This document shows, piece by piece, positions 26,560 to 39,736 of a stretch of DNA of 64,000 bases. Under the pieces are notes generated by a model. That model did no database searches. It was not told the origin of the DNA and worked only from the letters and a program-made list of their open reading frames with translations. A program made the position numbers and the translations under genes. The DNA lies in the NCBI GenBank assembly GCA_965153455.1, contig OZ234493.1, forward strand, positions 23,984,213 through 24,048,212, read 5' to 3'. How positions within the stretch are numbered: the first letter of the stretch is position 1; each line of letters opens with the position of its first letter. This stretch comes from Sphagnum compactum (taxonomy: Eukaryota).

Positions 26560-26676
26560 GATCTGCACTTCGGATCCTGCTTGGTGTCCATTAGGTCACA
26601 TGAAATATATACAAAACCGAAGTTATCAAGGAGATCTTTGCATGAACAGAGTGACCTTTTCCACTGCCAGGCCCAT
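26560..26676 (-). pseudogene. Frameshifted fragment resembling the N-terminus of an adenylate/UMP-CMP kinase
   Basis: After a tgcag acceptor the frame reads GPGSGKG, then after a frameshift LDNFGFVYISCDL. Compare the family pattern GGPGSGKGTQC..I...FGF.HLS.GDL. Confidence 0.5.
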
Positions 26677-28679
26677 CTGCAGCACAACATAGGTTAGCTT
26701 TACCATGAGGATCATGTGCTCTCTCTCTCTCTCTCTCTCAGTGGCTGCAAACTCTGGACTCTTGTTGATGAACTATCTGGCAGCTTTATATTCCTAATTC
26801 ATAATTGAGAAAATTGCTTGATGAATGTGGTCTTCTTTGGATGAGGACAAAATTGACCTATTAGTTCTTGGAATGATGATGAAGTAGTTGCTTCTCTCCC
26901 CTCCCCCCCAACCATCATTGCCACAAAACGTATGATGAAGATTCTTACTGCATATGACTAAGTTCATAAAAGCCTGCAATTCTTAAGATGCACAACTTTA
27001 GCACTCTGACCAAATCAAAACGCCTGAAATGAGTATTGGTTCCTTCAGCTACCATGGCAAGTTACTTTCATTTCGTTCAGTTCAACACATCTGGCCTGGC
27101 ACCACATTCTCAACAACATGACAATATGTTGATCACTTAGTCCAAGGGCATGATCCAATTCAATCGGTACCTACTACCTCCCTCAAAACCGAGTATGGCA
27201 GCTGCCCTTTACAACATAACAACAGTACATGTACAACAAAACCTCATACTTTTTGGCATTGAGCCTTTGGCGAAATATGTTAAGCTGCTGTGTGCCACAT
27301 AACTATACTATCTAGTATTACCAGCTAGACTTGTCAGAAAGGAAATTTGCAATTTATTCTGGGTTCCTCAACCTCCCTGAATGATCCCAAAACTCAAAAG
27401 TCATCTGAGTTATCTATAAAGCACCCCAAATTGGGGGTACTGGGCCCCAGTTTTGCTGATACTGTGGCTGAAATGAGAAGTCAGGATGAAAACAGTACAC
27501 AGGGGGTTTTCAAAAAAAAACGCAAGTCCAAATTAGTGTTCTCATTAAATTGGTCTTGGGGGTTGTTTCACCCCCAGTTTTGGATATGCCTCACTGGCGC
27601 CTTGATTGCTGCTCATATTCTTCACTAAATCAAGACTTTGTCCAAATATGATCCTGCATATCTTCTGAACTGATACCCAATTTCATTCAACAGTGCCCAA
27701 TTTTGTCACTTTATGAATACACTCAAATTGGGCCACAAGTGAACCAGCACCCACCAGTGCACTGGTGAAGGATGGATGGTAAGTGGTTAGGAAACAATTT
27801 TCTGTTGGGTTCCAGTTCCCTTGCTAGTCATGGTGGTATAAGTGGGTTGTTAGTGGGTAGGTAGTAAAACAGCCTTATCTATGTATAAGCCAGTGTTGGC
27901 TGGGTGTTGGCTTTTAGTCATACCAGGCAGGCAGGGCTGTTTTTTAAAAAACCATTTGTGAAGCCGGGAGGGCATGGGCATTGAATTTTTTTTAAGCAAC
28001 CTATACTTGGTGGGCACGGGCATTGAAGGTTTTTTTTTCTTCACAAGGGCTTGCATAACGGGCATGGAATTGCGTGATGCATGTCAGACATAAACCTGGC
28101 ATGTGCATTAAAAACTATTGTCATAATTGACATCATTTTCAAGTATGTTTAAAAAGGAGGAGTCCAAGACAAATTTGAATGTCAGAAATGATCACATAGA
28201 ACTTGTCTATGTATAAATTGCCTCTAGCATAAAAAATGTGTTCAGAAAGCTACATGTATATGTTGTAATCCTCCTTCAATCACTAACTACTAACTACCAA
28301 ATTTAATGTAATTGATGTAACTAAAAAATTGCAACCTAAGTGATCCACCAATTTGGATTTGTTGATGCTTGATGCCATAAGAATTGGCTAGTTCCTTGAA
28401 CTCCAGCTTCTGCAAAAATGACGTTCAACTTCAGCAACAAGTGCAGAATGAGCTCTCAAACTTTCTTAAGCATAGACACAAGCAAGCAAAAACCTTCAAG
28501 CAAACATGCATTCAAGTTCATACAAAAATTGATATTACACATTGAGTTTCGCTCAACATAACATCAAAATATTTTGCAACTCAACTACTTTGCATCAACA
28601 CTCCAGACATCAAACAAGCAATTGCACCATAAACCCAAATCCACACAAATCATGTACATTCAATTTTAGCTAGGTTAAT

Positions 28680-28922
28680 CAATTGGACCTTTGCTGAAAT
28701 TATGGAAGTAGAAACACATTCAATTGGACCTAAAATAGTGGGAGCAGAAATACAAAATTAATTGGACCTAAAACAGTGGGAGTAGAAATACAAAATTAAT
28801 TGGACCTAAAACAGTGGGAGCAAAAATACAAAATTAATTGGACCTAAAATAGTGGGAGCTTAAATACAAAATTAACTAGACCTAAAATAATGGGAGCAAA
28901 AACACATGTAATGAATTGGACC
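28680..28922. repeat. ~39-bp tandem repeat, ~5-6 copies, inside the hAT element
   Basis: Unit approximately aattggacctaaaacagtgggagcagaaatacaaaatt. The motif resumes at ~29820 after an inserted segment. Confidence 0.85.
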
Positions 28923-28929
28923 TTAAAAC

Positions 28930-29818
28930 TGACACGCGCCCAAACTCTTCAAGGGACCCAAAGGTGGGTCCCAGAGTGAAACAACGATAGAAGAAGAGAG
29001 TTGGGGCACGCTCTTTAACTCGCAACACTTTGGGGGTAGGAGGGTGTATTGGAGCTGCAAGATGGGACTAGGACGAACTCACAAACGAGAGTTCAAGATG
29101 ATATCAACTTGCACAACCAAAAAAAGAAAATGTAAGTCGAATGGAAGTGCTGCAGTGGACTTAATAGGGACAACCTCAAACATAAGCTTCACACGGCTCG
29201 CAACCTTTGGGAAGAGGCACCACTCCCCTCCCTATGGTATACTCTGTGCCTCTCCACGAGGACTACATCCAAATGTCACTTTTCCCTGAGACTCTCAGTG
29301 GGAGTCCCAAAACTAGGACTCTTGTTGTCCCAAAACTTTGGATGTGTATATATTTCTCAAATCAAGTTTATTTTGAGAGTTCAAAGACAATATTTTATAG
29401 CCCTTGAAAAATTCTTTTCAATGGTTTACAGCACGCTCCAATTGGACCTTATTTGACCCCTTTTTTAAGGGATTTGTGGTCAGGAGTCAAATTCTCAATT
29501 TGACTTTCGCCCCTTCTTTTGATCAGAACTCATGCAAACCAAGTTTAAATGAACAATGCGAGGGCACTTTAAGCATTTACACTTCAAAACTTTTCTATTG
29601 GTATCCTAGGAGCACCATTTGGTGCTTGTTTGCCCTTCCAACCAAGGATCTAAACATTTGCAAGTCCCACACGAGTGCAATTCCCAAAGTGGGAGTGCAT
29701 TTAGGAGTCATTGGGTTTCATCCCTTGCACTCTCCCTCATTTGTGAGAGTGTGTTTCACACCTAAACACACTCTTGCCCTCACGAGCCCTTGGACTTCAC
29801 TTTTAGTTATGAACCTTG
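28930..29818 (-). mobile_element. Solo-LTR-like insertion (5'-truncated) within the hAT element
   Basis: A more GC-rich ~890-bp block interrupts the 39-bp array and ends ...tgtca on the minus strand. Motifs such as gggagtccc, ggagtcaaatt and gagttggggcacgctc resemble an abundant moss LTR family (from recall). Confidence 0.55.
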
Positions 29819-30149
29819 TTGAAATAGTGGGAGTAGAAACATAACCATTCAAGAATCAAAACCAAGACAAAATCAATTGGACCTTGCTAAAATAATTGGA
29901 CCAGAAACAAAATCATTCAAAATTAACATAAACCTCAAAGACATTGACAACAAGGTCTCATAAATAGTGTAAATCAACATTAGCACCACATAACCCTATC
30001 TCTTAACATTGACTTATATTGTGAAGGTCTAAAAATTGTAGGGTGCTTCATGTTTTTTATAAACCTTTTCTCATCATCGAAGCACTTTGCCCTAAGGGGT
30101 TAAAATAATTGCATTGGGGGCCTTTTTTTTCTTTTCTAGCATAGTTTGG

Positions 30150-32330
30150 CTTCCAAATTGTTTGCACCATTCAACATCACAATTTGAAAGAACATGTCAG
30201 TCTTTTTCAAACAAATTAAAATCAATAATCAAATTTTCATTTTCAGAAACCACACCATTTTCAAAGTTGAAGAATTCCTCAAATGATTTAAGCCCACTTA
30301 TGCATCCAAATCTAGGATCATTTGGCCAATTTTTCATAATTATGACCAGTTTATCCAGATTTTCAATCACAAGCTGGCAACGCCTCAAACCTATAATGAC
30401 CCTTGCCATATCGAAAATCCTTTTAGTTTTGATTTGGGAACCAACAATTTCCATCATCTACCATGCAAGATAAACAAGATTCGAAAACTATTGTTCATGT
30501 TTTGCCCACCAAGCAAATGAACTCAAAAGATTTATTAGCACTGTAGTCTTTTCCAAAAACGGTAGTTCAGTTCTAATGAGCTTTCCAACTTCTTCAGTAG
30601 AAGCCAAGGATCCAAATACACCTAGCTTAACCACTATAGATGTAACAGAAGTAACAGTTGTTGAAATTGGTGTTGAAACATGATAAATTATGAGCAAGAG
30701 TGGCATTAAAATCTTTCGAGCATAGTCGATAGCACCCTGCATGGCCAATTCAAGGTCAACATAATTTCTATTGAATTCCAAGTTCATGAAATGTAGGTCA
30801 AGACTAAGAATTAGCATATTATGAACATGGCAAGGTTGAAAGATGATGCAAAGGCCAAGAAAGGGTTTGGCACACCAATAACTTCAGCTTGCATTTAATA
30901 CCCAAGATGCAATAGCTCTGAATCAAAATCACTAGCCTACACCAACAATCATAAGTAGATAGTTAGATGATGTTTTTAAAAGAAGACAAATAAACCCTAG
31001 GTAAAAAAAATCAAAAACAATCGAACCACATGCCTGCAAAATTTCATTTGTGTTGGAATTAATATGGTGCATCATAACACACATGGTTATGGTAGTAGAA
31101 ATAACATCAGACAATAACCAATACCCTTAAGATTGGTTAAAAACACATTGGGGGACCATTAAAGTCAATTTTCAAAACTTTTGACACTTTTTGTGCCATA
31201 GCCCATGTTTGGGGAGATGGTATTCTGTTTTGCAAGGTAATGATTTGCTATGGATAACAAAGGTTTATGGCATGTTTGAACTCTAAGGTTTCCTTGAATA
31301 ATATCACCTTGGATGTAAATTGAGTCTTGACAGGAGTATTCATTTTCGAGGGTGAAGAGATGCATCTTTACAAGCTTTAGCCCATTCTTATATGCCCTTC
31401 CCACTTTTTTTGGTCCAAGTAATTGTATTTTGAAAAGAAGATTGAACCTCTTTAATTCAACCCTCCTTCATGCTACCACACACTTTCAAGTCATTAGTAT
31501 CATATTGACAACCATGACTAATGCTTGTTAAGGTTGTTGTGAAGGTGTTTAGATTAACGCCCTCATCTTTGACATATGTTATGACTTTGTCTAGCAAATT
31601 ATATTGAATAAGCAAATCCTTGAGTTGAACAACCATGGCAGCCCTTAAGGTTTCATGAACCTCAAAAATTCCCATAATGACATTGCAAGGTTCCCACTTT
31701 TTGTTGATGTAATTCACAACCATAGCAAACATATCAAAATTTCCTTGGGACATCCATAAATCAAATGTGGTTGTAACTGTAGTTGCATCAGCAAAAGCAA
31801 GAAGAACATGGTGTTCCATGGCTTTGTTGACCATGGACGGGATTACTTCATTATTGAGTTGTCATTTACTTGGAAAGGTAACTAGGCCACATTGATGAAG
31901 GACAAGCCTTCTTAGCCACACATTCTTAGCGGAACTCAATGGTTGATAACCTTTAGTGATGTACAAGATCAAATATTCAAGAAAAAATTCTTGAGCAAGG
32001 TTTGAATTCTTATAAGACACTCTAAAGCTAAAGAAATTAACAATGGAGGCTGCGATGGCTTTTCCACTTCTTAGAAGTTCGATGAATAACAACTATTGTG
32101 GTAGTAGTAGTTCATCGTGTGTTGTATTGTTTCAACACTACATAATGTTCAAAAGCCACATGTTGACTCATGGTAGTTGTGCCATGGTCTTTGATATACA
32201 TAACTAATCTTTTTTGATTTTGGCTAGAACTTTCTCCTACAACTTCTTGTTGGATGCTATGACACACAACACATTGCATTTGTTGAGATTTAAAACAATT
32301 TACAACAGTAATATGGTCATTAATTTAAAA
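30150..32330 (-). pseudogene. hAT transposase pseudogene
   Basis: Fragments: BED-like QCVVCHS and HGTTTMSQHVAFEH, catalytic TTTFDLWMS and YVKDEGVNL, dimerisation-domain WWAKHEQ and SQIKTKRIFDMA..RRCQL..ENLDKLV. Split across frames by stops and frameshifts. Confidence 0.88.
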
Positions 32331-35300
32331 ATGCCCATGTACTTGTTGTTCTATTCCAAGTGAGCAAAACATTTTGGTTGCACTCCAATTCCACAAACAA
32401 TTTTTCATTACGTGCTTGTTCTTCAGTTTATAGAAACTCTTCCTTGTCCTCACCAAGGTCTCTTTTAAGAAGCTTACTATAACCTACTTCAGATTGGATC
32501 ATACCATCACCACTCCCAACCCCACCACTACCACCTCCAACCCCAACTTCACCACTACAAACACTTGTGCAGTTAGCAACATGGAGGAAAACCTTGTGAA
32601 GCTTTTACAGCCCCATTATAAAAAAATCATGTTTTAGGTTCATTGTCAATTGAGCTTGAAACTTAAACCAAGTAATACACTATATTATGAAATCAAAACT
32701 AAGAAGGAGCATATAAATCACCGGTAGCACTATTTACCAAATTTGCAATGCAAACTTCAAATTATTATTGATGGTGCTCATGAATGGTCAAGAAACATCA
32801 CAAAATAGGTGCCCAAAAATCATTGAAAATGCAATGCTCACAAAATATTGGTCATGCAGATCCAGTGCTCATGAAGTAGCACACAAATCATCGACATTAA
32901 ACTTTACACCTTTGAAGCAAATTTACTAGTGCTTGTGAACAAAACAAGTGCTAAATGGAGCACTGAATTTGGAGTGTTCATGAAGCACCTTGTAGATCCA
33001 ATAATGCTCACAAAACAGTGCACAAATCATCAACACCAAACCCTAAACCTTTGAAGCAAAATAATGCTCACAAAGCACCTTACAAATTCAATGCTCACAA
33101 AGTAGCAAATCTAGTGCTCACAAAACACACACAAATTATGAAGCACTAGACATTCAACGCTAATATTACATAGTGCTCACGAAGCACCAGAGATCCAATG
33201 TCACAAGACATTAGAGATTCAATGCTCACAAAGAATGACACATACCACTACTGTAGCATTCACAAAACACCATGAAAAGCACTATGAGCAATAAACAATG
33301 CTCATGAAAACTTGTTGAACAAAACATCACACAGAACACACAATTGATGAAAGAAAAAGAACAAAGTAGATAACACAGTCACACAACCTAGGAACTTATG
33401 AAGCAAGAAGAACAAACTTGCATAGAAGACTCACCTATTTACATCAATGCATGTTGATTGCTAATTGCTAACGACAAAGAAAGTTGCAAATTTTTGCACT
33501 CCTTTCTAGCGCTCCCTTCAGACGCTCCTTTTTGTTGTGTGTTGAAATCACGGACATCCTACATAATGATGAGAGCTTGTGCTTTCTCAAGTGGGGGGCA
33601 CAACTCAACAATAAACTAGAAACTAGCTTTAACATTTCTAACCTAACCCTAAAATTCCTAACCTAAATCCTTATGCCCTACAAAGGTTCATTATGAAAAA
33701 AGCCTGCCTACCAAGGCATTTCGTGAGTTTTTCAAAAGTTTTTCAAAACACATGCCCACCTATGTAAGGGCATTGCATGTGTATAGGAGAAGCAACACCC
33801 GCCCAGGTAGGGTATAACTACTTTTTTTCGTTGACCATTGCCTGTTGGTCAGGGCATATGATAACCCATGTTGATGCCTTGGTTGATACCCGGCCAAGAC
33901 CCACATACCCGGCCAACATTGGTATAAACCATCTACTCACCTAATAGTAACCTATTTTCCTACCTGTCTACGTATATAGGATGCTTACTACTTCTTACAG
34001 CATTGGTCACCAAGGTGAAACCAAATATTAACTCAGTTGAGATTCATCCACAACTGAGTAATAATAGGCATCTAGGGATGGTGCACTGGTGGGTGCTGGT
34101 TCATTGTGGCCCTCAAGTTGCAGGACAAAATTGGGTTTAGATTGTTACTTGATCTACAAGTCTATTGTATGTATTTTGATTTGATATCTATGCAATCGAA
34201 TTCCTTGCGAGCATGATTATTATGTTTTGCTTTCAAACTGTTCATCCATCATATCATACCACATTGGTAAAGTTTGGAATAATTTGCAATTGCTTTTAAC
34301 TTTGTGATGGAGAGGGAGGCACTTGCGTGCAGTTGGCATTGTGATTACATAGTCATGGGCAGGTGATAAGGTTGGCATTTCCTTGCAGATCCTAATGGCC
34401 TTTGTTCACGGACACATAATTAATTCACGCACAGCTAACTGATCATGCCTGGAACTCAGTGTGTAATAGAGTGCAAAACATGGAAACACAAAGGGGGTGG
34501 AATGGAAAGAATTTCATGATAGCTTATAGCAGGCTCATTAAATGCCCCTCATGCACTGCAACTTGTCTCATGTGGGCTTTTTCCTTGGTTAAAAAGTTAT
34601 GTTCAGTTTCCCTCTAGTAAAATTTTGATTGGCACTTGTGATGATTTGTTTTGGGTGAGGTATTGTTGGCATGTGTTCCACAGGTATTTGGTTGGCACTA
34701 TGATGATATATTTATTGTGGGAGGGAGAGGTGATGGATGTTGCCAAGTTGCCTTGGAAACCCTGATGATGGACTGACTTGTGGTGACTAAAGTCCACAAG
34801 TGATGAAAGGGATTCCCAGAAGGAATAGTTAGGGTTAAACCAATTGTCAATTGTTGTTCTGGTATCGACGACTTTTGAACACCCCAGCCTGGTCCTGGTA
34901 TTGTGATAATTTGGAATTTTTCATAAGAGATGGGATTGAATTGAATGTTTGTCTGCAATTGACCAGTGTTGGTCAGTAGTTCCTCCTTTTCAAGAGAATC
35001 TTTGGTGTCGTGATTATGATACTAATTTCTTCAAACTAGGTTATATGGGTGCGGGTTTGAGCTTAGATCTTCATATTTCTAAACCTTGCAGTTCAGGTTT
35101 TGGCACTTTTTTTTGGCAAATTCAAGAAACATTGGGCTCAATTCAAAAACCATGTCTAGTTCTTTCTATACACACTCTATCCACTTCCAGAGAGCTGCAT
35201 ATTGTATAAGCACAAAGATTTACACTAATTAAAATTAAGGATGCATAAATACAACTAATCAAAATGCATCAATTGTATAGAGTTTACCTACAACTAATTA

Positions 35301-38300
35301 GAACCCATCAATTACCTATAAAGTCAAGCCTACTTGCCAACTTCTCAAAAAAGTTCAACTTGTTTTACTTTAAGAGCTTGATCCTGTGTTTTTTCTTTTC
35401 TTTTCAAAGTTCTAAGTTTACTTTTGATACTAGCAAAATGTTTGTTTCATAGTTAGTCACACATGATGACATCCAAAATGTCATGTATGTTCTCACTTGA
35501 GAAAGTGAGCACATTGTATGGAGAAAGCGATGGTATGCTTTTACGTCAAGAGTTTCATTATGAGCTGATTTTTATTTGACCCAAAAAAATTAGGTCTTTG
35601 TTGTTGATGTGATGATTATTGACTTAATGTGAAAAATTGTGGTTTTGAATGTTATTCGTCGACCAACAAGTGCAGTTGTGAAACTTAACGTCATTGTTAA
35701 GATCCACAATATAGAGAGCTTCAGGAAGAGCACCATTTTATTCCGATGGCTATGGAGATGCACAGTGCACCCATGCATGATATGGATCGTTTCATCAAGG
35801 AATGTGCTCGTCTTTCTCACGATAGACGATCGAGAGGTCATTTATTTTTGTTGTTTTGCAATCAATTTTTTAGGTAGCATGTTAGTATTGCTTTCCAGCA
35901 TGCTTTAACCTCTGCTATAGAAATGAAGATTGCTTTGGTAAGCGATGCTTGTTCTAGACCTCCCATTATTATTGGATTTCACGATTTGCATGGTAGCCAC
36001 ATTAGAGGATTGTGGGTGAAATATCTTCCTACCATGAAAGAGACTAGTTCTTTCCCTCTTTTTGGGCCCTTTGGGCTGTGTGTATTTTTACCTTTCTTTG
36101 GCCTTTCCTTTTTGTCTCCCTTGGGATGGTTTCGGCCATCGATCTTTTATTGGATTTTTGTTTCCATTCGGTTCCACAGTTTGGACCTAGAACCAATTTC
36201 ACCAAACAGATGCCCCATTCAAGTCACAAAAATCTCAACTTGAACCTGTGGCTTTGACACACCAAAGGGGGAACCTGCCACCATTGGTATTGACTTTTGG
36301 ACATTTCATCCTGGTATGGCATAATTTTTTAGAATTTTCATACCAGCCTCATCCTGGTATTAAGTCCAATATTGATTTTTGGCTGGTACAAGGCAAGTCT
36401 ACACCTGATATTGAAATTGGTATAAATTTGGTACAAAGGCTGGTATTACCTTAGGTCCCAGTCCCTACCAGGGTGGTATAGCCTTGGGTCACATCAGCTT
36501 TGTAGGGTCCTTGATACCAGTTTTGAGGAGTAGGTGCAGTCATATATATATATACCAGACCAACTCTCCTTAAATCCCTTTGCAAACAAGCAACTAGTTG
36601 CATATCATTGGGCTTTTGGTTCATGTGAATGCAACTTGATTTTGCAAGAGGAGGGCTCATTCCCTCAAAAAGCCCCAACAGTTCAAATAGGAAATGTTCC
36701 TGGAATTGTATGACCAAATGAACTTATAATTTGTCATAAGAAATTAGGTAATAGAGACAAGACCAGTGTGATAGTTTTAATATTTAATATCCAAAACTAT
36801 TCAACTTTTTGAGAGAAATTTCCATTTATTTTGCTAATATTTCTTAATTATTTTTTTACTTAATTATTTCAAATCTAGATACTCTTGGTTCATTACTCGC
36901 CCTCAATAAATTCACCTTTCCAAATTACGCATCCATCTGTTTGCATTGTTAGGGTTCTTTGACATTATAGTGTTATTATATGCTATGATGTGCAAAATTT
37001 GGAGAGGTAAAGATAGACCGATGTCTTGCCAAGCAAATGAGACAAGGACAGGTGTATAATTTCATGAGCTGATTTCTACATGCTGAAATATAATGAATGG
37101 GGTAGGCTAACTTCGTATTTGGAACACACTGGGTATTAATGTTGCTGATTCCTTTGTTGCATTCACAAGCATTCCAACCAGTGTTTGTTTTTTTTTGCTT
37201 TTTTTTTTTTCTGTCATTCTTTCGACAAAAGAATTGGGAAAAATCTTTGGAAGATTTTTTTTCAAGTGTAAATTATTTGGAAAAACTTGCCAAATTCTCG
37301 GTATCACAAAATTGAAAAAGAAAAAGGAAAAAAAAAAACCCCTGATGTTCAGCCCTAGTTTGTCCCTGTAGAGAGTAATCCCTGATTCATCCCCAGTTTG
37401 AGTGTAGCCATAAAAAAGTGTGTGTGTCACAGTCAAACTGGGTAGTGTTAAATGAAACTGAGTTTGCGGGAGGTTATTCCAGAAAACTTTAGTGCAGAAT
37501 ATGAGCACGAGTAAGGCTAAATCCGAACCTCATGCGAGACCAATTTACTTGAGAAAACCAGTTTGGTCACCTCTTGATTTCTCTGTATTGTTTTCATCCT
37601 GAGTTTTGAGAGAACTAGGGCCTAGTACCCCCAGTTTGAAGTACTTCTGGGATAACTCTATTTTGGTAGTGCCAAATTTTGTGCTCTCGCCCACATTCAG
37701 AGAGTGCAACCTTCAGAGAGCAGCGCTTTATGTTTGTCCATTTAAGCACATCCTGAGAATGGTACACACCGCTTGTGGGGCAAAGGAATAATTGCACACT
37801 ATAATATGCCCTCCAGTTACGGTACCAAAAATTCTTAGAGGACTGATTAATGTCCGCTGCTGCACTGTCTTTGAGGTACCACAATTTGAAGCGCCTCTTT
37901 GTTTAGGACCAAAGGGGACAATGAAGAAAACGAAACAATGCAGTGATGCGCAGTTCATTTGTTGGTCCCACATTTTGTTCACCAGGTGTTAGTGCCTGAA
38001 CAGTGAGTTCATGTTTCAGAAAACAAGATATGTTTCCCCTCCCTTTTAACTTGTTGCTGGTTTGAAATTTGCTTTCAGGCCAGGGCTCTTATTGCATGAA
38101 ACCATTATACCATTTTTCGGAAAATGTTGAAACTAATTTTTTTTCCAAAGAATTGTTTTTTGGTCAAGGAAAAGAAAGAATATTTTGGAATGTTTTGTTG
38201 GATGATTTTATCTTTCAACATGAAATGTTTCAAAATTAATTAATCAATTGGTAGCCATGTGTGGGAGCTGCTGCCCTTGTATTACGATATTGCTGGTTTG

Positions 38301-38628
38301 AAGTTTGAACTTGCCATAAGCTGCAGGCAGACCCATTGTTGCCATGAACCACTTCTTTCCTCATGGATATAAAGTAGGCTAGCAGCTGAGATTGTGCATA
38401 CAACTTGATCTGTGGGTGGTGAAGAAGAAAGGGGGTTTGTTGTTGTTGTTGCAGTTGTGTGTTGAACGGCATCTTCTGTGTTTGAAGATTGGAACACACA
38501 AATGTCCAACAGATATGCACTACTCGGTAAGTTAGTCCTGACAAGGCATTTAGAGAACAAGAAGTGCAGAGATAATAAGAGAAGAGAGAGTAAGTATCTA
38601 TTGCAAGGCTTTCTTTCCGAGTTCACAC

Positions 38629-38925
38629 CAGTGTCTTTTTTTTGGGGTGAATTTTTGTCACTTGGCTACCCAAAAAATTCAGTTTGATTCATACACATGA
38701 CTTTTGTGAAAAGAATGCACCAAGTCATCAAATTTTGAGGAATTTTTTTTCATTCTGAAATTGCCATATTTAGACAATCGGTTCCAACATGTTGTCAAAG
38801 TATAGCAATATTCTTAAAATTTTTATACTTTCCTGTCTAATGTAGCCAAATATGATTAATTCCTCTTGTGGATGGATGACCAACCATCAGTGTGGCTATC
38901 TCACAAAATTGGAAAAAAAACCCTG
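38629..38925. mobile_element. hAT-type MITE (297 bp)
   Basis: Termini cagtgtcttttt and aaaaaaaaccctg with a perfect 8-bp TSD gttcacac (38621-38628, 38926-38933). Related copies at ~37180-37345, ~42617-42907 and ~12770-12927. Confidence 0.85.
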
Positions 38926-38939
38926 GTTCACACTTCCTT

Positions 38940-39222
38940 ATTGACTCCACCAAATTGAATTTTTGGTTTGCTAAAAAAATGAAACGATTCAATTTGAAGA
39001 CTAGTAACCAATGCATTTTATTTTTTGGGAAAATATGACTCAATTTGGAGGCTAGTAAACCAATGAATCTTAGCTTTTTAAAAAACATGATTCAATTTGG
39101 TAACTACTAACCAAGGTAGTTCATTATTTTGAAAACTTTCATAATTCAATTTCAAGACTAGCAATCAATAAATTTCAATTTTTTGAAAAAACAAGATTCA
39201 ATTTGGAGACTAGTAACGAATT
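38940..39222. repeat. ~51-bp degenerate tandem repeat, ~5-6 copies
   Basis: Recurrent gattcaatttggagactagtaaccaatgaat followed by T/A tracts. Confidence 0.75.
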
Positions 39223-39418
39223 TAAAAAATAAAAATGGGTGAATTTTCACATACTAGCAACACCCAAAAAAAAAAAAAAAAAAAGTGGATTTGCAAAGGG
39301 CACAAAGGACATTTTCTGAAAAAAAGAAAAAGAAAAAAAATTGCTACATTATGAGGAAAACAAAATTCTGAAGTCGTAACACTTAGACAAAAGGTTCTAA
39401 CATGTACAAAGGTATTCT

Positions 39419-39608
39419 AAGGCCCACTTTAGACGAAGGTCCAGGGTCCAATTTCCTAGAACCAATTTGGACTGATTTGAAGCAAATTGAATCCTTGAGT
39501 TGGACTGTACCTTGGTCCCTAGCCTGATTCTTGGTTCTCCAAATCAGGAGCTTTCCTTTTAGCACTGTTTTTTGGTCCGAACCAATTAATTCATTTTCCC
39601 TCCAAAAG
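39419..39608. mobile_element. Truncated MITE copy (family of 52771-53011)
   Basis: aaggcccactttagacgaaggtccagggtccaattt through ttttccctccaaaa is highly similar to 52771-52944. The right TIR is missing. Confidence 0.8.
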
Positions 39609-39736
39609 CAATAATGAATGTTATTTGTATCATCACACAGTTTGCCTGGCCTCCCCGCCGCCCCGCCCAAGTGCTGATGGGATGCAGCAGCTTGTACTTA
39701 ATCTCAGTGTTTCACGTGCACTTGACCCCGTAGTGG

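Larger units (their letters stand above)
27891..33921 (-). mobile_element. hAT-superfamily DNA transposon (~6.0 kb, decayed)
   Basis: TIRs cagtgttggctgggt and acccggccaacattg. 8-bp TSD gtataagc (27883-27890) versus gtataaac (33922-33929). Contains transposase remnants. Confidence 0.9.
27730..34112. mobile_element. MITE (~350 bp) split by the hAT insertion
   Basis: TIRs gggccacaagtgaaccagcacccaccagtgcac and gtgcactggtgggtgctggttcattgtggccc. The halves 27730-27890 and 33922-34112 together match the intact inverted copy at 39737-40133. Confidence 0.85.
25300..38409 (-). pseudogene. Possible decayed dynein heavy-chain C-terminal gene fragments
   Basis: Collinear splice-flanked pieces: 38409-38286 (ISAASLLYIHEERSGSWQQWV), 37082-36916 (AWQDIGL...ANRWMRNLER), 36699-~36570 (GFLRE*ALLLQN), ~35190-34960 (KKVPKPELQGLE), ~25700-25590 (CPEYFFTW..PHIILSQNV). 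They resemble stalk-end, AAA5 and AAA6 motifs. Stops, frameshifts and TE insertions are present. Similarity judged by eye only. Confidence 0.4.

Noticed and set aside
29044..29844. ORFs of 66-146 aa
   Set aside because: They fall within the LTR-like insertion and show no protein motifs.
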